From: an uncultured Pseudomonadota bacterium
GTDB lineage: Bacteria; Pseudomonadota; Alphaproteobacteria; JACZXZ01
NCBI GenBank assembly: GCA_963749075.1
Contig: CAVVLJ010000020.1
Coordinates: 128,001 to 192,000 of the forward strand
Direction: 5' to 3'
DNA length: 64,000 bases
Of the stretch, positions 60,541-64,000 are shown in pieces. Position 1 is the first letter of the stretch. The number at the start of each line of letters is the position of its first letter. Position numbers and translations under genes: made by a program. The notes beneath the pieces were generated by a model, which had not been told where the DNA came from, searched no databases, and saw only the letters and a program-made list of their open reading frames with translations.

Positions 60541-61665
60541 ATGCGCGAACCTCAATCGTTCCAGGCCGATTGCATCGAGCTGGCGGTGCGCCGCTTCCGC
60601 CGCGGCGAGGTCGATCGCCGCAGCTTCCTTGCCGGCTTAGCTGCGCTCGGAGCGCTCCCGGCGCTCGCCGCCGGCGGCCGGGCCTTTGCCGCGGATGCCA
60701 AGGAGCTGGTCATCGCCAACTGGGGCGGCATCGCCAACGAGGCCATGGGCCGCTACTACGGCCAGCCCTTCGAGGGTGAGCACGCGGGCGTCAAGGTGAC
60801 GACCGACAGCGGCGGGCCGTCCGGCGGCAAGATCCGCGCCATGGTCGAGAGCGGCCACGTGACCTGGGACATCTGCGACAGCTCGGCGAGCAGCTCGATC
60901 TGGCTCGGCGGCCTCGGGCTCCTGGAGCCGATCGACTATAAGGTCGTCGACAAGGCGAACGTGCCGCCCGTCGGCTTCGCCTATCCCAATGGCGTCGCAC
61001 CCTATTCCTTCAGCACCGTGCTCGCCTACGACAAGGCGAAGGTGGGCGGCGAGCCGCCCAAGAATTGGGCAGATTTCTGGGATATCAAGAAATTTCCGGG
61101 ACGGCGCGTCTTGCGCCACGACGCGCTCGGCACGCTCGAGCTCGCCGTGATGGCCGCAGGCGTGCCCATCGACAAGGTCTATCCCATCGACGTGAAGCTG
61201 GCGCTCGACAAGATCAAGGAGATCAAGGAGCACTGCATCTACTGGAACTCCGGCTCCGAGTCCGAGCAGATCATCCGCACGGGCGAGGCGGTGATGGGCG
61301 GCATCTGGCATACCCGCGCCACGGTGCTGTCGCGCGAGTCGAACGACCGCATGAGCTGGACCTGGAACCAGGGCGTGCTGCAGGCCGGCATCTTCGTGGT
61401 GCCCAAGGGCAATCCCGGGGGTGCCCTGGCACAGCAGTTGCTAGCCTCGATGACGTCGAAGCCCGAGCCGCAGATCGGTCTCCTCGGCATGCTCGGCAAC
61501 GGGCCGACCAACCCGAAGGCGATCGCCATGGTGCCGCCCGAGCTCAAGCGCTACAACCCGAGCGACCCGGAGAATGCCAAGGTCCAGGTGGTGAACAGCG
61601 GCGAATGGTGGGGCGCCAACTACCCCGACGCCAACGCCAAGTACGTGGACGCCGTCGCCTCCTGA
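60541..61665 (+). CDS. PotD-like ABC substrate-binding protein (Tat signal)
   Basis: DRRSFL twin-arginine signal, NWGG, W.DFWD.KKFPG.R. Confidence 0.88.
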   Translation: MREPQSFQADCIELAVRRFRRGEVDRRSFLAGLAALGALPALAAGGRAFAADAKELVIANWGGIANEAMGRYYGQPFEGEHAGVKVTTDSGGPSGGKIRAMVESGHVTWDICDSSASSSIWLGGLGLLEPIDYKVVDKANVPPVGFAYPNGVAPYSFSTVLAYDKAKVGGEPPKNWADFWDIKKFPGRRVLRHDALGTLELAVMAAGVPIDKVYPIDVKLALDKIKEIKEHCIYWNSGSESEQIIRTGEAVMGGIWHTRATVLSRESNDRMSWTWNQGVLQAGIFVVPKGNPGGALAQQLLASMTSKPEPQIGLLGMLGNGPTNPKAIAMVPPELKRYNPSDPENAKVQVVNSGEWWGANYPDANAKYVDAVAS

Positions 61666-61696
61666 AGTTCCAGGGGCATCGCTTATGGCCGCCTCG

Positions 61697-61930
61697 CCCT
61701 TCGAGACGCGCGCCCGGCGCGCAGGCGCGCCTCTTTTGCATCATGCAAGAGAGCGGGCCTTCGGCCCGCAGCGCGCAGGCGCGCCTCTTTTGCATCATGC
61801 AAGAGAGCGGGCCTTCGGCCCGCGGCGCGCTCCTCAGGGTGAGGCGGCCCCCACGTTTGGCGGATTTCCTCATCCTGAGGAGGGCCGCAGGCCCGTCTCG
61901 AAGGATGAGGAAATCCGAGACGCACCAAAT
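61697..61930. repeat. Compound REP array with an internal 54-bp tandem duplication
   Basis: CCTTCGAGACG..[GCGCGCAGGCGCGCCTCTTTTGCATCATGCAAGAGAGCGGGCCTTCGGCCCGC]x2..CTCCTCAGG, followed by an inverted copy. Confidence 0.85.
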
Positions 61931-62010
61931 GCGATTGCGCTGCTTGAGGAGCGGGCCTCCCGAGGGGCTGGTGTGTCGTGCGGCATCCCTCCTCGAGCGA
62001 GCCCGCGGCG

Positions 62011-63105
<1,095 letters not shown>

Positions 63106-63124
63106 CGGCCGCCGGCGCCTCGCC

Positions 63125-64000
63125 ATGAGCCGCCCGCCCGCCGCGGCGGCGAGCACGGCCGAGCGGCCCCCGCGGCTCGGCGCGAATGCGGTCTATTGGC
63201 TGCTCACGGCGCCGGCGGTCATCCTCCTCGCGGCCTTCTACCTCTATCCCCTCGCGAGCGTGCTCTGGATCAGCGTGAGCGAGCCCAAGCCCGGCCTCGG
63301 CAATTACGCGCTCCTCTGGAGCTCGGGCGCCGTGCAGCACGTGCTGCTGACGACCGCGCGCATCTCCGCGCTCACCACGGCGATCGCCGTCCTCCTCGGC
63401 TATGCCGTCGCCTATGCGCTCGTGCATGCCTCGCCGCGGGCGCGGCGCTGGCTCTTCGCCGGCGTGCTGCTGCCGCTCTGGATCTCGGTCCTGGCGCGCG
63501 CCTTCGCCTGGGTGACACTCTTGGGCAGCCAGGGCCTGATCAACCAGCTCCTTATGGCCCTCGACCTCATCCGCCAGCCGCTCCCGCTCATGTGGAACGA
63601 GCTCGGCATCGTCATCGGCATGGTGCACTACATGCTGCCCTACGCCATCCTGCCGCTCTACGCGAATATGCGGCAGATCGACGCGCGCCTCCTGGCGGCC
63701 GCGCGCGGGCTCGGTGCCACGCGGCTCGAGAGCTTCTTCCGCGTTTTCCTGCCCTTGAGCCTGCCGGGCATCGTCGGCGCCGGCGTGCTCGTCTTCATCT
63801 TCTCCTTGGGCTTCTTCGTGACGCCGGCGATCCTCGGCGGCAACCGCATCCTGATGATCGCGCAATACATCAGCATCCAGATCCTCGACGTGGTGCGCTG
63901 GGGCCTCGGCGCCATGCTGGCGACGGTGCTGATGGCGACCGTCTTGGGCCTGATGGCGCTCCTCGCGCGCATCCTCGATTTCCGCCGCCTCTTCGGAGCC
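63125..64000 (+). CDS. PotB-like ABC permease (runs off window end)
   Basis: LPLWISVLAR, HYMLPY.ILPLY, AARGLGA, TPAILGG. Confidence 0.9.
   Translation, partial: MSRPPAAAASTAERPPRLGANAVYWLLTAPAVILLAAFYLYPLASVLWISVSEPKPGLGNYALLWSSGAVQHVLLTTARISALTTAIAVLLGYAVAYALVHASPRARRWLFAGVLLPLWISVLARAFAWVTLLGSQGLINQLLMALDLIRQPLPLMWNELGIVIGMVHYMLPYAILPLYANMRQIDARLLAAARGLGATRLESFFRVFLPLSLPGIVGAGVLVFIFSLGFFVTPAILGGNRILMIAQYISIQILDVVRWGLGAMLATVLMATVLGLMALLARILDFRRLFGA

Overview
High-GC alphaproteobacterial chromosome segment (Rhodospirillales-like gene content and order). Core blocks: TIGR02300 protein and tRNA-Ala; hsp20-DUF1150; tRNA-Leu-rnd-kdsD-lptCAB-rpoN-hpf-ptsN; gltD-GST-gltB; infC-rpmI-rplT-pheST-lepA; tRNA-Ser; arfB. 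These alternate with catabolic ABC-transporter modules and a CHASE-PAS hybrid kinase/REC-EAL pair. Accessory DNA: a single-chain restriction-modification (R-M) gene with a compositionally foreign specificity segment, a relic DUF1778/GNAT toxin-antitoxin pair, a small GIY-YIG nuclease joined to the tRNA-Ser 3' end by a structured palindrome doublet, and five apparent families of REP-like elements plus short tandem repeats. Three frameshifts and several Asp->Asn changes at conserved sites all fall on the same CGAC context, which suggests modification-induced long-read errors and so a cryptic methylation signature. No CRISPR array, integrase or transposase was seen. All family calls come from motif recognition by eye; no database search was run.
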